Positions 1 through 10,085 of a DNA stretch of 55,298 nucleotides are shown piece by piece. The notes under the pieces were generated by a model that was given only the letters and a program-made list of their open reading frames with translations, was not told where the DNA came from and searched no databases. Each line of letters opens with the position of its first letter. Position 1 is the first letter of the stretch. The stretch is from a virus (Duplodnaviria > Caudoviricetes), in the IMG/VR virus record IMGVR_UViG_3300046167_000533, positions 1 through 55,298 of that record. One strand, 5' to 3'. The position numbers and the translations under genes are program-made.

Positions 1-11
1 TAGGAGTAAGC

Positions 12-608
12 ATGTCTTTTTACAGTGAGTTTATGGATGCCGCCGCTACTCAGTTAACGCAAAGATCAACTGCGCCGTCGCTGACCGCCTACAAAGATGG
101 GCAGGTAGATGCTGAGCAGACTCTCGCGAATATTACGCAGCGTGAGTATCAAAACTATGTTCGTGATGTGCGTCCCATCGAGATGCAGTTGATTGAGAAG
201 GCGAAGACGGACACCAGCCTCATTGATGCCGCTTATGAGGACCGCGATCGTTCGAATCAGCTGACTCAGGGCATCGTAGACCGCAACGCTGGTCGTTACG
301 GAGCTCAGCTGACCCCCGCTCAGATGCAACAGCAGCAGCGTGAGCTAAGTCGCAGCACGACACTTGGGGGTATTCAAGGCATCGCAGACGCACGTATTGC
401 ACAAAAAGACGCAAACAGAGCGCTGATGGCGGAACTTATTGACATTGGCCAAGGCGTAAACCGAGCGTCTTTAGGCGAACTAGGTAACGCCGCACAGAAC
501 GCCGCTAATCGAGAGTCTGCATATAAGAGCGCTCGCGCCCAGAACAAAGCGCAGACGTACAGCACGTTGGGCACGATCGGCGCAGCAGCCCTCATTTTTG
601 GCATATAA
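12..608 (+). CDS. Putative internal virion / DNA ejection protein
   Basis: 198 aa, Ala/Gln-rich helical with a hydrophobic C-terminus (LGTIGAAALIFGI), RBS AGGAG. Lies between the adaptor genes and the giant virion gene. Confidence 0.6.
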   Translation: MSFYSEFMDAAATQLTQRSTAPSLTAYKDGQVDAEQTLANITQREYQNYVRDVRPIEMQLIEKAKTDTSLIDAAYEDRDRSNQLTQGIVDRNAGRYGAQLTPAQMQQQQRELSRSTTLGGIQGIADARIAQKDANRALMAELIDIGQGVNRASLGELGNAAQNAANRESAYKSARAQNKAQTYSTLGTIGAAALIFGI

Positions 609-631
609 AGCACACTACCCGAGATCAATCT

Positions 632-2839
632 ATGTCAGCTTTAAGCAGTTTCTTTTCAGGCGCAAATGCCAACCAGAACTACCGCAACGACATCCGTGCA
701 GCAACGTATCAGCAGAAGCAAATTGATCTCCTTGAGGGCGAGCAAGCTCTACAAGATGACCGGCGTGCTCTGAATCAGACGCAAGCGATTGCCAGTCAGC
801 TGGGGGTTTTGTCGACCGATGGATTATCTATTGATACTAAGAAACTGACTGAACGTCTGGCGGCACAGCGAGAAAGCGGTCAAGTAGATCAGTCGCTCGA
901 AAACCTGCTGACTACGGTAGGTAACACTGATTTTTCCGTTAAGACCAACCCAGGTTTTAAGTTCCGGCAATTCAATGTAGGCCCTGATGGCTCGTTTTCT
1001 ATGATCGGTTCGTACGACGGTCAAGAAGGTAACCCTAGAGCCGCTACTGTTAATGGCGGTACAGATGATAGTGAAGATGTCTTGTTTGCTTCACCTGAAC
1101 AGGTCGCTAACGCTGCAAGTAATGGGTTCAACCAGCTTTTGCAGAAAAAAGGCAACGCGGATTACTACTTGCAAGTTAGGAACAAGGTTAGGTTAGGCAA
1201 CTCAGCTATAGATATGGCAGAAAATGAGACTCGCGCTTCGGTCGGCCAGTTAAGAAACCAAGTAGACCTTTTCTTGGGGCAGTACAAAGGCACTGATCAA
1301 GAACAAGCGGCGCAACAAGCCGCAAGAAAGCTAACGAGTGCGCTTGCAAGCGCTGAAGGTTGGGAAGCGCAGTTCGATGTGTTGCAAGATTTTGGCGAGC
1401 AGCTTGGTGTGGACGGAATAACTGAAATCGCAAACGCTGCAAAAGCTGATACTACTGGCAGTACTACTGGCAATACAGCGGCTCCTACTGCCACTGCTCC
1501 AGCTGGTCAAGCTGTTCCAGCTGCTGCACCTGCGCCCGCACCTGCCGCACCTGCGCAAGTAACCGATGCTGATATAGAAGCTTATAAAGAGGCTAATCCG
1601 CTCGAAGCGAACTTACCCGATAGGGTTATAGCGAGCAGGCTTCGTGGGCAGCAGCGTAAAGAAATGAGTCTTGCGGAGCGTGCAGGCGCAAGAAACAACG
1701 CAGGCGCAGAAGACAACAGCGCACGCATTGCAGAGATCGAACAGATCCTCGCCCGCCCTCTTCCCAAGAACGCTCGTTCGGGAGTGGCAAGACGTCGGCA
1801 AGCGCTGCAAAAAGAACTTGAAGGGCTACAAGGTAAATCGTCTGCACCCGCTGCGACTGAGAGCGCGCCAGCCAAAGACGAGGCCGCCGCCCCACCTGTG
1901 GTCGAGCTAGGGCAACAGGTGGCAGCCGCTCAAGCTAAAGGAGATACGAACGCACAAAACGTTAAACCGACACGCGAGCAGGTAGCGGCCCTTAAGGAAG
2001 CTTTGAACGACAAAGGAATAATGTCGTTTAGAGAAATGCCTAGAGCTTCGCTGGCGGAGCAGCGCGCTTTGTTAGCGGTCCTCTCTTCAGATGAGAGCGC
2101 CGACCCAGCACAGCGCGAGAGGTATCAGATCGCCCTGAACAACATGATCGAAACTGGCACGATGTCGTATGACAGAAAGTCTTTAGACGCGGCAGTTTTG
2201 GATGAGCGAAAGCAAACTTCAACCGAGTTTCAGGCCCAAACAGCGCGCGCAAACACTATACGTTTACGGGATGAATTCGTTGGAGGAGCGGTCCACAAGA
2301 GTTCCACTTTCATAAACAAACAAGGTGAGAACATTGCGAAGCTGTTTGTTGATGGCGACGGTAATGCCCTCGATCCCTCTGTTAAGCAGTATCAAACAGC
2401 CGCGCTCGGTCAGAACGGCTCCATTGCAAATCTTTTTCGACGCTTACAAGGCGCTATAACCCGTCAAAGATCTGGGGCTGGCGGACGCGATGTTGCAGGT
2501 GCCGAAAGCCGACAGCTTACTGATGCGCTCCTTGCCCAGATCAGCTTTGGTATGCAGTTTATAAGTCAAGACGACGACTTAGAGATTAGTTTTTTAGCTA
2601 CCGATTCAGGTGCAGCGCTGACGGCAAGCGACAGCCGCTTGTCTCGAATAGCAAGGGACGGTGCGCAAGATGCGCAAGGTCGCAGCGGCATAATTATCTT
2701 GAAGCCTGGCACTAACACGCAGGACGGCGACGCATTCAGCGCGAAACAGGTACAGGAGTTTTTTGGCGGCAACACTGAGCTGTCTCGATTCTTCTTTACT
2801 AAGCTTGATGAGATCGAGCGACAGAGGGCCGGTAACTAA
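632..2839 (+). CDS. Putative internal virion / ejection protein
   Basis: 735 aa, Ala/Gln-rich with PA-rich linkers. Position is typical of podovirus ejection proteins. Confidence 0.6.
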   Translation: MSALSSFFSGANANQNYRNDIRAATYQQKQIDLLEGEQALQDDRRALNQTQAIASQLGVLSTDGLSIDTKKLTERLAAQRESGQVDQSLENLLTTVGNTDFSVKTNPGFKFRQFNVGPDGSFSMIGSYDGQEGNPRAATVNGGTDDSEDVLFASPEQVANAASNGFNQLLQKKGNADYYLQVRNKVRLGNSAIDMAENETRASVGQLRNQVDLFLGQYKGTDQEQAAQQAARKLTSALASAEGWEAQFDVLQDFGEQLGVDGITEIANAAKADTTGSTTGNTAAPTATAPAGQAVPAAAPAPAPAAPAQVTDADIEAYKEANPLEANLPDRVIASRLRGQQRKEMSLAERAGARNNAGAEDNSARIAEIEQILARPLPKNARSGVARRRQALQKELEGLQGKSSAPAATESAPAKDEAAAPPVVELGQQVAAAQAKGDTNAQNVKPTREQVAALKEALNDKGIMSFREMPRASLAEQRALLAVLSSDESADPAQRERYQIALNNMIETGTMSYDRKSLDAAVLDERKQTSTEFQAQTARANTIRLRDEFVGGAVHKSSTFINKQGENIAKLFVDGDGNALDPSVKQYQTAALGQNGSIANLFRRLQGAITRQRSGAGGRDVAGAESRQLTDALLAQISFGMQFISQDDDLEISFLATDSGAALTASDSRLSRIARDGAQDAQGRSGIIILKPGTNTQDGDAFSAKQVQEFFGGNTELSRFFFTKLDEIERQRAGN

Positions 2840-5800
2840 TGGCTGATCCTGTAGAGTCGCTTTTATCCTTCGACTACTCAGAGCCGGATCGCGACTATGA
2901 CGTAACTGCGCGCACGGGAACCACGCCCGATGGCCTAGGGGAAACGTTTGCCCGAGGTTTTGACGTCGGTCTTGAAAACATCCAGACGGACAACGACTAC
3001 TTTAAAGGTCTGTTCAATACTGTAATTGGGGACGAAGAAGCAGCGGCTGAAAACATTGCAGCTGCTCGTGCCCGCGAACAACGCACCTCCACATCATTTG
3101 GGGAACTACAGGACTTCGAAGGGTTTGTTGAGAACCCGACTGTCGGTGGCTTCTTTACTCAGATATCTAAGAACCTCGGTCAAATTACGCCTTATGTAGG
3201 CGCGACGCTCAGCAGCGGCCTCGCTGGAGCCGCAGTCTCGGGCCTTACCAAACTCGGCGTCAGCGCGGGAAGCCGTCACGTAACAAAGCGCCTAGTGCGA
3301 GATGCTTTTGAGAAGAAGCTCAAGGGCGAAGCAACTCCCGAAGAGGAGCGCGTGCTTGCTGTTTCCTATCGGCTCGCACAACGTAATAACGCCGCCGACA
3401 AGATCACACTTAAAGGCGGCGCTGCCGCTGGCATGTACGGCCAAGAGTACAGCAGCATGGCTGGCTCAAATTTCGGCGAGAACCTCGACTTTCTAGATGA
3501 TGAAGAAGCAGCACTAAGGTCGGCCGGTTTGGCCGTGCCGCAGGCGTTTATTGGCCTCAAGGGCGAGCAGCTTCTGACAAGAATGCTGATGAAAGATCTC
3601 GGCGATCTCGCAGCAAAGCGGTCAACGAGAGACGGCTCCTCTTTTGCAAAGCTCGCAAAGAATTTAGCGAGGGGCGGCGCTACCGAGGGTGTGGCTGAAA
3701 CTTTGCAAGAAGGTATTAGTGTAGCTAATCGGTTCGACATTGACCCTGAATACACTACGCAAGACGCTGCCCTTCGAATGGGCGAATCTGCTTTTGCTGG
3801 TTTCTTCGGCGGACTTGGTATCTCAGGAGCCGGAAGCGCCACAGTAGGTACGTTTCGCGGCGCTCAGAACGTCATGGGTAAAGCCAAGGACTACATCGAG
3901 CAGGCCCGACAGCAGCAGGTCGACGCAAAAATTGATGGTGAGCAGTATGGCGTGGACTCAATGGGGTTCACGACACCGGAACCACAAAGCTCAGTAAACG
4001 CGCAAGTTAGAGCGGCCGTAGACCCCACTACCGCGCGGCACTCCATTTGGGTCGAAGGGCCAAACCCTGAATACGATGCCTCCGAGACGGAAACAAAAGA
4101 AGTCGAGATCGAGGCCGGCGTTGATGGAGACGGGAACGTCACCTATCAAAAGTTCTATACGCGTTTTATCCCTGGTCGCGGCACGATCATCTCTAAGAAC
4201 TTTGACATAGTCGAAGAAGTTGCTGAGTCACAAGCGAACGAGGAATCGCTTGCTGCGGCACTACAATACAGCGACGTTAAGCCAATAGACGGTGACATTG
4301 TTGTAGAAGCACTAGACCGCGAGGGCAACGTGGTTTGGCAGCAAGGTACAAACGAAGACGGATTGGCTGGTGCATTTAGCGCAGCTGGTTCTCAGGTTCC
4401 TGCTGGCGGATCAGTAAGACGCCGCTCGGTTCAAGAAGCGCTCGAAGAACGGCAAACGCTGTTTAACCAAGAACAAGGTCCGCAAGTAAGAAACATCGAT
4501 GCAGAAAGCTTCGAAGATGGCTTCTCAGATATCGATAACGAGCTAAAGGTCGACCAAGAGCTTGGTTTTGAAATTGACGAATTTGGCATCGGCAGTACTG
4601 AGCTTGGCGATGCGAAAGAAATAAACATTGGTAACGAGGAAACTTATAAACCTCGCTCCGAAGCTAATAGAGTTTTTGAGTCCACGGATGAGGCGCGTAA
4701 TGCGTTTGCGGAGGCCTTCGCAGACGTAGATTTATCCGACTTAGGGAAGGACGAGTTTACGGGGGTCTCGTTCGCAGAAGGCAGCAAGTTTGCACTAATG
4801 TCTGATGCTTTCTTGCGGCAAGCCGCGAAAGCAAAGCGCGAAAACCCAGGCACAGACATCTTCGTCATTGAGAACGAGGACGGTAGTCACTCGCTCATGC
4901 AGACGGTCAGCCCTGAGGCAGAGTTATTTGGGTTTGACTCCCGCACTGACACTCTCCTTGACCCTGCAGTCGAAGCAGAGATAGACGCTGAGGCCGCGCG
5001 CGCTGAAGCGCTTGAAGCTGAACTAGATGCAGAAGAAGCTGTAAACCAGATCAAAGACACGAACGAGCTACGCCCTGGGCTCGACTTATTCGACCAGCAG
5101 CCTAAAGAAGCCCCGCCCGCCGGCCCTGTTGAGCCGGATCCTTTGCAGCGCGGCGAAGACGCCCCACGGGTTATCGGCGGAGTAGCGACAGCAGCGCAGT
5201 TTATTCGCAACGCAATTAAAAAAGCGAAAGAAAGCCGGTTTGCCCGCCAGCGCCGAACTAAGAAAGGCTGGGTAAACAAGAAGCCAGAAGAACTTGTTAC
5301 CGTAGATGGAGTCGCTGTAAACCTTGTCGATCTAGTTAAAGATGGACAGCGTCTTTTTTCAATCGAACAGCGCGGCGAGTTCACCCAAGGCGGTCGAGTA
5401 ACAGCGATGCGCAACGGCCTGTTTCAGGTAATTGGTTCGCTGATTGCTGAAGGCAAAGTGGTTAAGATTGGCGGATACGACATTCGCTCCAAGCTCCTTA
5501 AAGACCTGCAAGACATATCGACCCAGATCGCTCAAGAAGAGCAAGCAGTGGCGGATGCAGCGTTGGAGTGGGACTTAGATCCTGACAGCCCCGATTTAAA
5601 TGCGCGTCTTGCCGAGGTTCAACAGTACCTATCTGAAGTTGAAGGCAGAGTCGCTCAAGGGCGTCGTGCTGACAGAGAGGCCCGAAGAAACTCGCCACTG
5701 GATCGATTAAAAATTCAGCGCGCGAAATGGGCACGCGACTACGCCGAGTATCAAAAGCTTACGGCGCAAGGCGTGAAAGGCCTGACGGAACCTGTGAAGC

Positions 5801-8800
5801 CGCCGCTTCTTGCGCTAATGGACGTGCAGGCTGGGATGGAAGACGGACGGTCAATCACCGTCGGCAAGCTCCTAAATAAAACCCCTGAAAACACGCCCTC
5901 TAAAGATGCGATCTACACGCTGACAAACGAAGACGGTTTTGTTGTTTTCGAAGGTAACAAGCAGCAGGTGCAAGAGGAGATTGAAAGCTCCAACAGGCCT
6001 TACATCATCAGCAAGAACGGCAAGCGCCTAACTGACGAAGAGTTTGCACAAGAGCGCAACGTGGGCTTCAACGACCGTCCGACTAATTTCCGGCCCGACG
6101 AGCCTGTGGCGGACACGCCTAGTGAAGACTTGAGGCCGATCGGCTTCTCAGAGCAAACCACGGACGCTGACGCTGATTACGCTTTTGACCCTGAAGCGGA
6201 AAACTTAGGTGACCTCAAGCCCCTTGGCGTAAAGGCTGGTACGATCGCTGCGCGGGTTGTTGATATCGCACGCCGAACGTTGAACTTGGATAAGCCTACG
6301 TCAGTCTTGTCAGTCCGCGAGTTGCTTCGTATGGACAACTTTGAAGACGCATTCAGCGACCCTAGGGTAGCTGCATACGTTAAGGAAGTCGCAGAGCAGC
6401 TTATAGCGGACCCACAAGGCGGCGGTCGATACATCGGATTTGGCGATGCGCACATTATTCTTATTGATGAAAGCGCGGGCAAGAACGACCTGGACACGGC
6501 GCTGATTGTTGCTCACGAACTCGGGCATGCCCTGTTCAAAGAGCAGCTCTCTTCAACTCTAAAGAACCCTGCGTTATATAACCGCCTGTTTGACGAGTTC
6601 CAAAAAGCGCGCGACGCCGACGACGCGCCTACTGCGTACCGAGGGAAGCACGGCTTCGAAGAGTGGTACGCAGATCAGACTGCTAACTGGGCGATTGCTG
6701 AATACGCCAAAGACAGAAAGAAAGGCTTGGTAGGCGCGCACTTCCAGAAAGTTGCTCGTAAGCTAAAGCAGTTTTACAAAGCCTTCTCTGCTGACATGAA
6801 GAAACGTTTTGGCCGTGACGCTGCTTCGCCAGAATTCCGTGGCTATATGGATGAAGTTATACGCCGTCGCTCCGAAGGCAGCACGGCATCTGGTGCGCAA
6901 ACAGCATCGATGCAAGAGAAAGTTATTGTCCGCAAGATGGCAGAAGTTGTTGAGAAACAGCAGCCAGGCTTCGTCGGCGCGGTTAACAAGAAAGTACAAC
7001 AGCTGATTAGAAGCGATGGCTTCACACCTGTTTATAACTTTATCTTCACCGCCGACTCACGACTCCGAAAAATCGCCGGCAATAAGGTGGCTGACCTGTT
7101 CTACGGCAGAGCGCAACAGGCCAACGGTAAAGGACGGAATAAGCTTGGCTTTATCAAGACCTCGATGCTTGAAGGCAACCGCTGGTTTAACAAGTTGGAG
7201 GACGCAATCGATGGCGACCTAGATTCGCCGGAAGTACAAGCTGACATTGATATAGCGTTTTCAGACACGCCCACGCGAGACCTTACGAATAAAAACGCGA
7301 TCGCGGTACGCAAGTGGTTTGACCAGTTCTACGATGAGTACATAGAGCCGTCTCAGGCTGACATCGGCAGGCAGACTGATTATGCGCCTGTCGTGCTAAA
7401 GCTCTCCGAAATTGAGCAAAACCCAGACGTACTTATTAAGCTGATCCTCGAATCTGATCCAGAAGCAAAGCCTGCGGACATCAAGTTTGCCGTGCAGAAA
7501 CTGGTCGATTATCAGCAAGCCGTTATGGACGGTGCCCCGATAGACATCAAGGGGACTAATCCTGCGCAATCAGCTGAAGCGGCAATTAAGCTGACGAAGG
7601 CTGTAGGACGAGACAAGTTGAAGGCTGCCGGTCTTCTCGAAGACACAGACGTCGCGTTGATGACCTACATCACGAAGACTGTGAAGCGCGTCGAGTGGAA
7701 GCGTAATACTGAAGACGAATTCGGTAACAGCATCTACGAAGAAGAACTGCGCAAACTGTCAGGCAAAGATCAGGCAGAAGTACAGAAAATTGTACATAAG
7801 TATCTCGGCTACCAAGAGTCTCCGCTTAGCCCTATGTGGCGGACGATCAACAGCTGGGGTTCTGTATTGCAGATCTTCGCTATTCTTCCACTGGCGGTAT
7901 TGGGGTCTATCCCAGAATTGGCTGGGCCTGTTATAGCGAGCAAAGAATTCAGTTCGGTTACTGAAGGTATGAAGGAGATTGTCAGAAGTATCCGCAACAG
8001 AGATGAAGCGCGAGCCTTAGCTAGGGATCTCGGAGTTGTAACCAGCCAATCAGTCGCGAACATCATGATGTCGCAGGCAGAACTAGATTTTATGAGCGAA
8101 GGTGCGCGCAAGCTGACAGACGGGTTTTTTCGAGTGACTCTACTAGACACATACACCAAGTTTACGCGCGAGTTTGCTTCGAATATGGGCGTACGGTTTA
8201 TTATTAAGCACGCTGATATCGACGGGAACGCGAACGCCTTTTCCAAGAAGTACCTCGATGAGCTAGGCGTGTCCGCTGCCGATGTGCAGGCATGGTCTAA
8301 GTCAGATCAGAACTTCAACACTCCAGAGGGTCAGCGCGTCAGAATGGCGCTTCAACGTTTTGTCGAGTCATCAACGCTACGACCGAACGCTGCTGAACGA
8401 CCTGTATGGGCGTCTGACCCGCATTGGGCGCTGTTCTGGCAGTTAAAAGGTTTCTTCTACTCGTACGGCAAAGTAATGCTTGCAGGCGCACGACGCGAAG
8501 CAGCTTCACGTTTGAATGGCGCTACCGCAACCGACGCAAGCAAGTACGCGGCATTGACCGGCGCAGCAGGCGTATTTGCCTTGATGGGTATAGCTACTAT
8601 GCCACTGGCTATGGTGGGCATGGAGCTTCGTGAATACGCCAAGTTTGGTCTTGCTTACGCCATTCCAGGCATAGACCACGACGCGAAAGATTACTTCCGC
8701 ACGGACAACCTCAGTTGGCCTGAATACCTAGGCGCTGCATTTGACCGCTCTTTTGCCGCCGGCCCCATAACGATTGCTCAACAAGCGATGCAGGCAGCTG

Positions 8801-8931
8801 ATTGGGGGCGCGGCGTTACAGGCGCTGCCGCAGTTGTCGCCGGCCCAACTGCTGAAACCGTGCAGCGTATCTTTACCGATGGGTTTTCCAGCACGTTTGA
8901 AAATCGAATGTTACCAACAGGACTTCTGTAA
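2839..8931 (+). CDS. Giant internal virion protein with zincin-like metallopeptidase motif
   Basis: 2030 aa. Contains VAHELGHALF (HExxH, nt 6511-6528) and downstream FEEWYAD. Translationally coupled (TAATG) at both ends. Confidence 0.7.
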   Translation: MADPVESLLSFDYSEPDRDYDVTARTGTTPDGLGETFARGFDVGLENIQTDNDYFKGLFNTVIGDEEAAAENIAAARAREQRTSTSFGELQDFEGFVENPTVGGFFTQISKNLGQITPYVGATLSSGLAGAAVSGLTKLGVSAGSRHVTKRLVRDAFEKKLKGEATPEEERVLAVSYRLAQRNNAADKITLKGGAAAGMYGQEYSSMAGSNFGENLDFLDDEEAALRSAGLAVPQAFIGLKGEQLLTRMLMKDLGDLAAKRSTRDGSSFAKLAKNLARGGATEGVAETLQEGISVANRFDIDPEYTTQDAALRMGESAFAGFFGGLGISGAGSATVGTFRGAQNVMGKAKDYIEQARQQQVDAKIDGEQYGVDSMGFTTPEPQSSVNAQVRAAVDPTTARHSIWVEGPNPEYDASETETKEVEIEAGVDGDGNVTYQKFYTRFIPGRGTIISKNFDIVEEVAESQANEESLAAALQYSDVKPIDGDIVVEALDREGNVVWQQGTNEDGLAGAFSAAGSQVPAGGSVRRRSVQEALEERQTLFNQEQGPQVRNIDAESFEDGFSDIDNELKVDQELGFEIDEFGIGSTELGDAKEINIGNEETYKPRSEANRVFESTDEARNAFAEAFADVDLSDLGKDEFTGVSFAEGSKFALMSDAFLRQAAKAKRENPGTDIFVIENEDGSHSLMQTVSPEAELFGFDSRTDTLLDPAVEAEIDAEAARAEALEAELDAEEAVNQIKDTNELRPGLDLFDQQPKEAPPAGPVEPDPLQRGEDAPRVIGGVATAAQFIRNAIKKAKESRFARQRRTKKGWVNKKPEELVTVDGVAVNLVDLVKDGQRLFSIEQRGEFTQGGRVTAMRNGLFQVIGSLIAEGKVVKIGGYDIRSKLLKDLQDISTQIAQEEQAVADAALEWDLDPDSPDLNARLAEVQQYLSEVEGRVAQGRRADREARRNSPLDRLKIQRAKWARDYAEYQKLTAQGVKGLTEPVKPPLLALMDVQAGMEDGRSITVGKLLNKTPENTPSKDAIYTLTNEDGFVVFEGNKQQVQEEIESSNRPYIISKNGKRLTDEEFAQERNVGFNDRPTNFRPDEPVADTPSEDLRPIGFSEQTTDADADYAFDPEAENLGDLKPLGVKAGTIAARVVDIARRTLNLDKPTSVLSVRELLRMDNFEDAFSDPRVAAYVKEVAEQLIADPQGGGRYIGFGDAHIILIDESAGKNDLDTALIVAHELGHALFKEQLSSTLKNPALYNRLFDEFQKARDADDAPTAYRGKHGFEEWYADQTANWAIAEYAKDRKKGLVGAHFQKVARKLKQFYKAFSADMKKRFGRDAASPEFRGYMDEVIRRRSEGSTASGAQTASMQEKVIVRKMAEVVEKQQPGFVGAVNKKVQQLIRSDGFTPVYNFIFTADSRLRKIAGNKVADLFYGRAQQANGKGRNKLGFIKTSMLEGNRWFNKLEDAIDGDLDSPEVQADIDIAFSDTPTRDLTNKNAIAVRKWFDQFYDEYIEPSQADIGRQTDYAPVVLKLSEIEQNPDVLIKLILESDPEAKPADIKFAVQKLVDYQQAVMDGAPIDIKGTNPAQSAEAAIKLTKAVGRDKLKAAGLLEDTDVALMTYITKTVKRVEWKRNTEDEFGNSIYEEELRKLSGKDQAEVQKIVHKYLGYQESPLSPMWRTINSWGSVLQIFAILPLAVLGSIPELAGPVIASKEFSSVTEGMKEIVRSIRNRDEARALARDLGVVTSQSVANIMMSQAELDFMSEGARKLTDGFFRVTLLDTYTKFTREFASNMGVRFIIKHADIDGNANAFSKKYLDELGVSAADVQAWSKSDQNFNTPEGQRVRMALQRFVESSTLRPNAAERPVWASDPHWALFWQLKGFFYSYGKVMLAGARREAASRLNGATATDASKYAALTGAAGVFALMGIATMPLAMVGMELREYAKFGLAYAIPGIDHDAKDYFRTDNLSWPEYLGAAFDRSFAAGPITIAQQAMQAADWGRGVTGAAAVVAGPTAETVQRIFTDGFSSTFENRMLPTGLL

Positions 8932-9308
8932 TGAGCATAGTAGGACAGCTGATAGGCCCTGTAAGCGGGCTGCTTGGCAAGGTTATCAAAGATAAGGACA
9001 AGGCGGCGGCTTTGGCCCACGAGATCGCCACGATGTCCGAGAAACATGGGCAGGAGATTGCGCTAGAGCAGATAGAAATCTTGAAGCTTGATGCAAAAGG
9101 CAACTGGTTTCAGTCGTCTTGGCGTCCCTTAGCCGGTTACACATGTGTGCTGGGGCTCATGGTGAACTTTCTAATAGCGCCCATCGCGGCGGGGTTCGGT
9201 GTTGAAATACCGCAGGCCGATGCAGGCGTCATGATGCCTTTGCTTCTTGGGATGTTAGGGCTGTCTGGCGGTAGAAGTTACGAGCGAATCAAGGGAGTAG
9301 ACAAGTAA
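8931..9308 (+). CDS. Holin (3TM / GTA-holin-like)
   Basis: 125 aa with WFQSSWRPLAGY and LLGMLGLSGGRSYERIKG motifs, hydrophobic segments, adjacent to the endolysin. Confidence 0.85.
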   Translation: MSIVGQLIGPVSGLLGKVIKDKDKAAALAHEIATMSEKHGQEIALEQIEILKLDAKGNWFQSSWRPLAGYTCVLGLMVNFLIAPIAAGFGVEIPQADAGVMMPLLLGMLGLSGGRSYERIKGVDK

Positions 9309-9655
9309 TGGAGTACCTGTACTTCAAAATCAGTGATTTCGATTGCCAAGAAACTGGCGAGAATAAGATGGATCCTGAGTTCATACGCAAGGTCGACGAG
9401 CTTCGATCAGCTGTCGGTAGGCCGCTGTATGTAACATCAGGTTACAGGTCTCCAACTCATAGTATTGAGGCCAAGAAATCGCAGCCAGGAACTCATGCGC
9501 AGGGGATTGCTTGTGATATCAAAGTGTCTGGCGGTGCCGAGAGACGTGAGCTTGTGAAGCACGCCTTTTATCTTGGATTTACGGGGATAGGCATAGCTAA
9601 GACCTTTGTTCACGTTGATATAAGGACCTCTACTCCTGTTTTGTGGTGCTATTAA
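9308..9655 (+). CDS. Endolysin, peptidase M15 family
   Basis: SGYRS...H...G.ACD...FVHVD Zn-binding motifs of M15A peptidases. Confidence 0.9.
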   Translation: MEYLYFKISDFDCQETGENKMDPEFIRKVDELRSAVGRPLYVTSGYRSPTHSIEAKKSQPGTHAQGIACDIKVSGGAERRELVKHAFYLGFTGIGIAKTFVHVDIRTSTPVLWCY

Positions 9656-9656
9656 T

Positions 9657-9685
9657 TTGCGGTAATATATTAGCAAAGCTAATAT
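9657..9685 (+). promoter_or_regulatory. Operator/promoter module (TTGCGG-N17-TAATAT; operator ATATTAGCAAAGCTAATAT 9667-9685)
   Basis: Perfect palindrome in the intergenic gap upstream of the tail genes; one of 12 copies. Confidence 0.8.
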
Positions 9686-9710
9686 ACAGCCGATACGTAC
9701 AGGTGAATAC

Positions 9711-10085
9711 ATGGCTTACTCGGACACATTGAATTTAGTAGTGGGGGACACTCTGCCCCAGTTGAACCTTACTCTTAAAGATTCAAATACTGCGGCGGCT
9801 GGGGTGACGCTAGACCCCAATAACAGCGCGACGTGGGCACCCATTGACCTGACGGGCGGTACGGTTCGTATCCGCATTCGCGAGCTTGGCGGTACGACTG
9901 TCAAATCAACTCTCACGGGCACCATAACGGACAATACGGGCGGCGTAGTGCAGACTAATTTTCCTACAGGGACTTTAGACACCGCAGGTACTTTTGAAGC
10001 AGAGGTTGAGATTACTTTTGCTAATGGTGGAATTCAGACCGTAAACGACCTTATAAAACTTAAGGTTAGGGCGGACTTCGACTGA
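9711..10085 (+). CDS. Virion structural protein, BppU-N-like
   Basis: GDTLP...PIDLTG...AGTFEAEVEITF pattern; tail gene context. Confidence 0.6.
   Translation: MAYSDTLNLVVGDTLPQLNLTLKDSNTAAAGVTLDPNNSATWAPIDLTGGTVRIRIRELGGTTVKSTLTGTITDNTGGVVQTNFPTGTLDTAGTFEAEVEITFANGGIQTVNDLIKLKVRADFD

Noticed and set aside
2839-8931. N4-like virion RNA polymerase
   Set aside because: Much shorter than N4 vRNAP and no recognisable polymerase motifs, despite the N4-like capsid and AAA/vWA genes.
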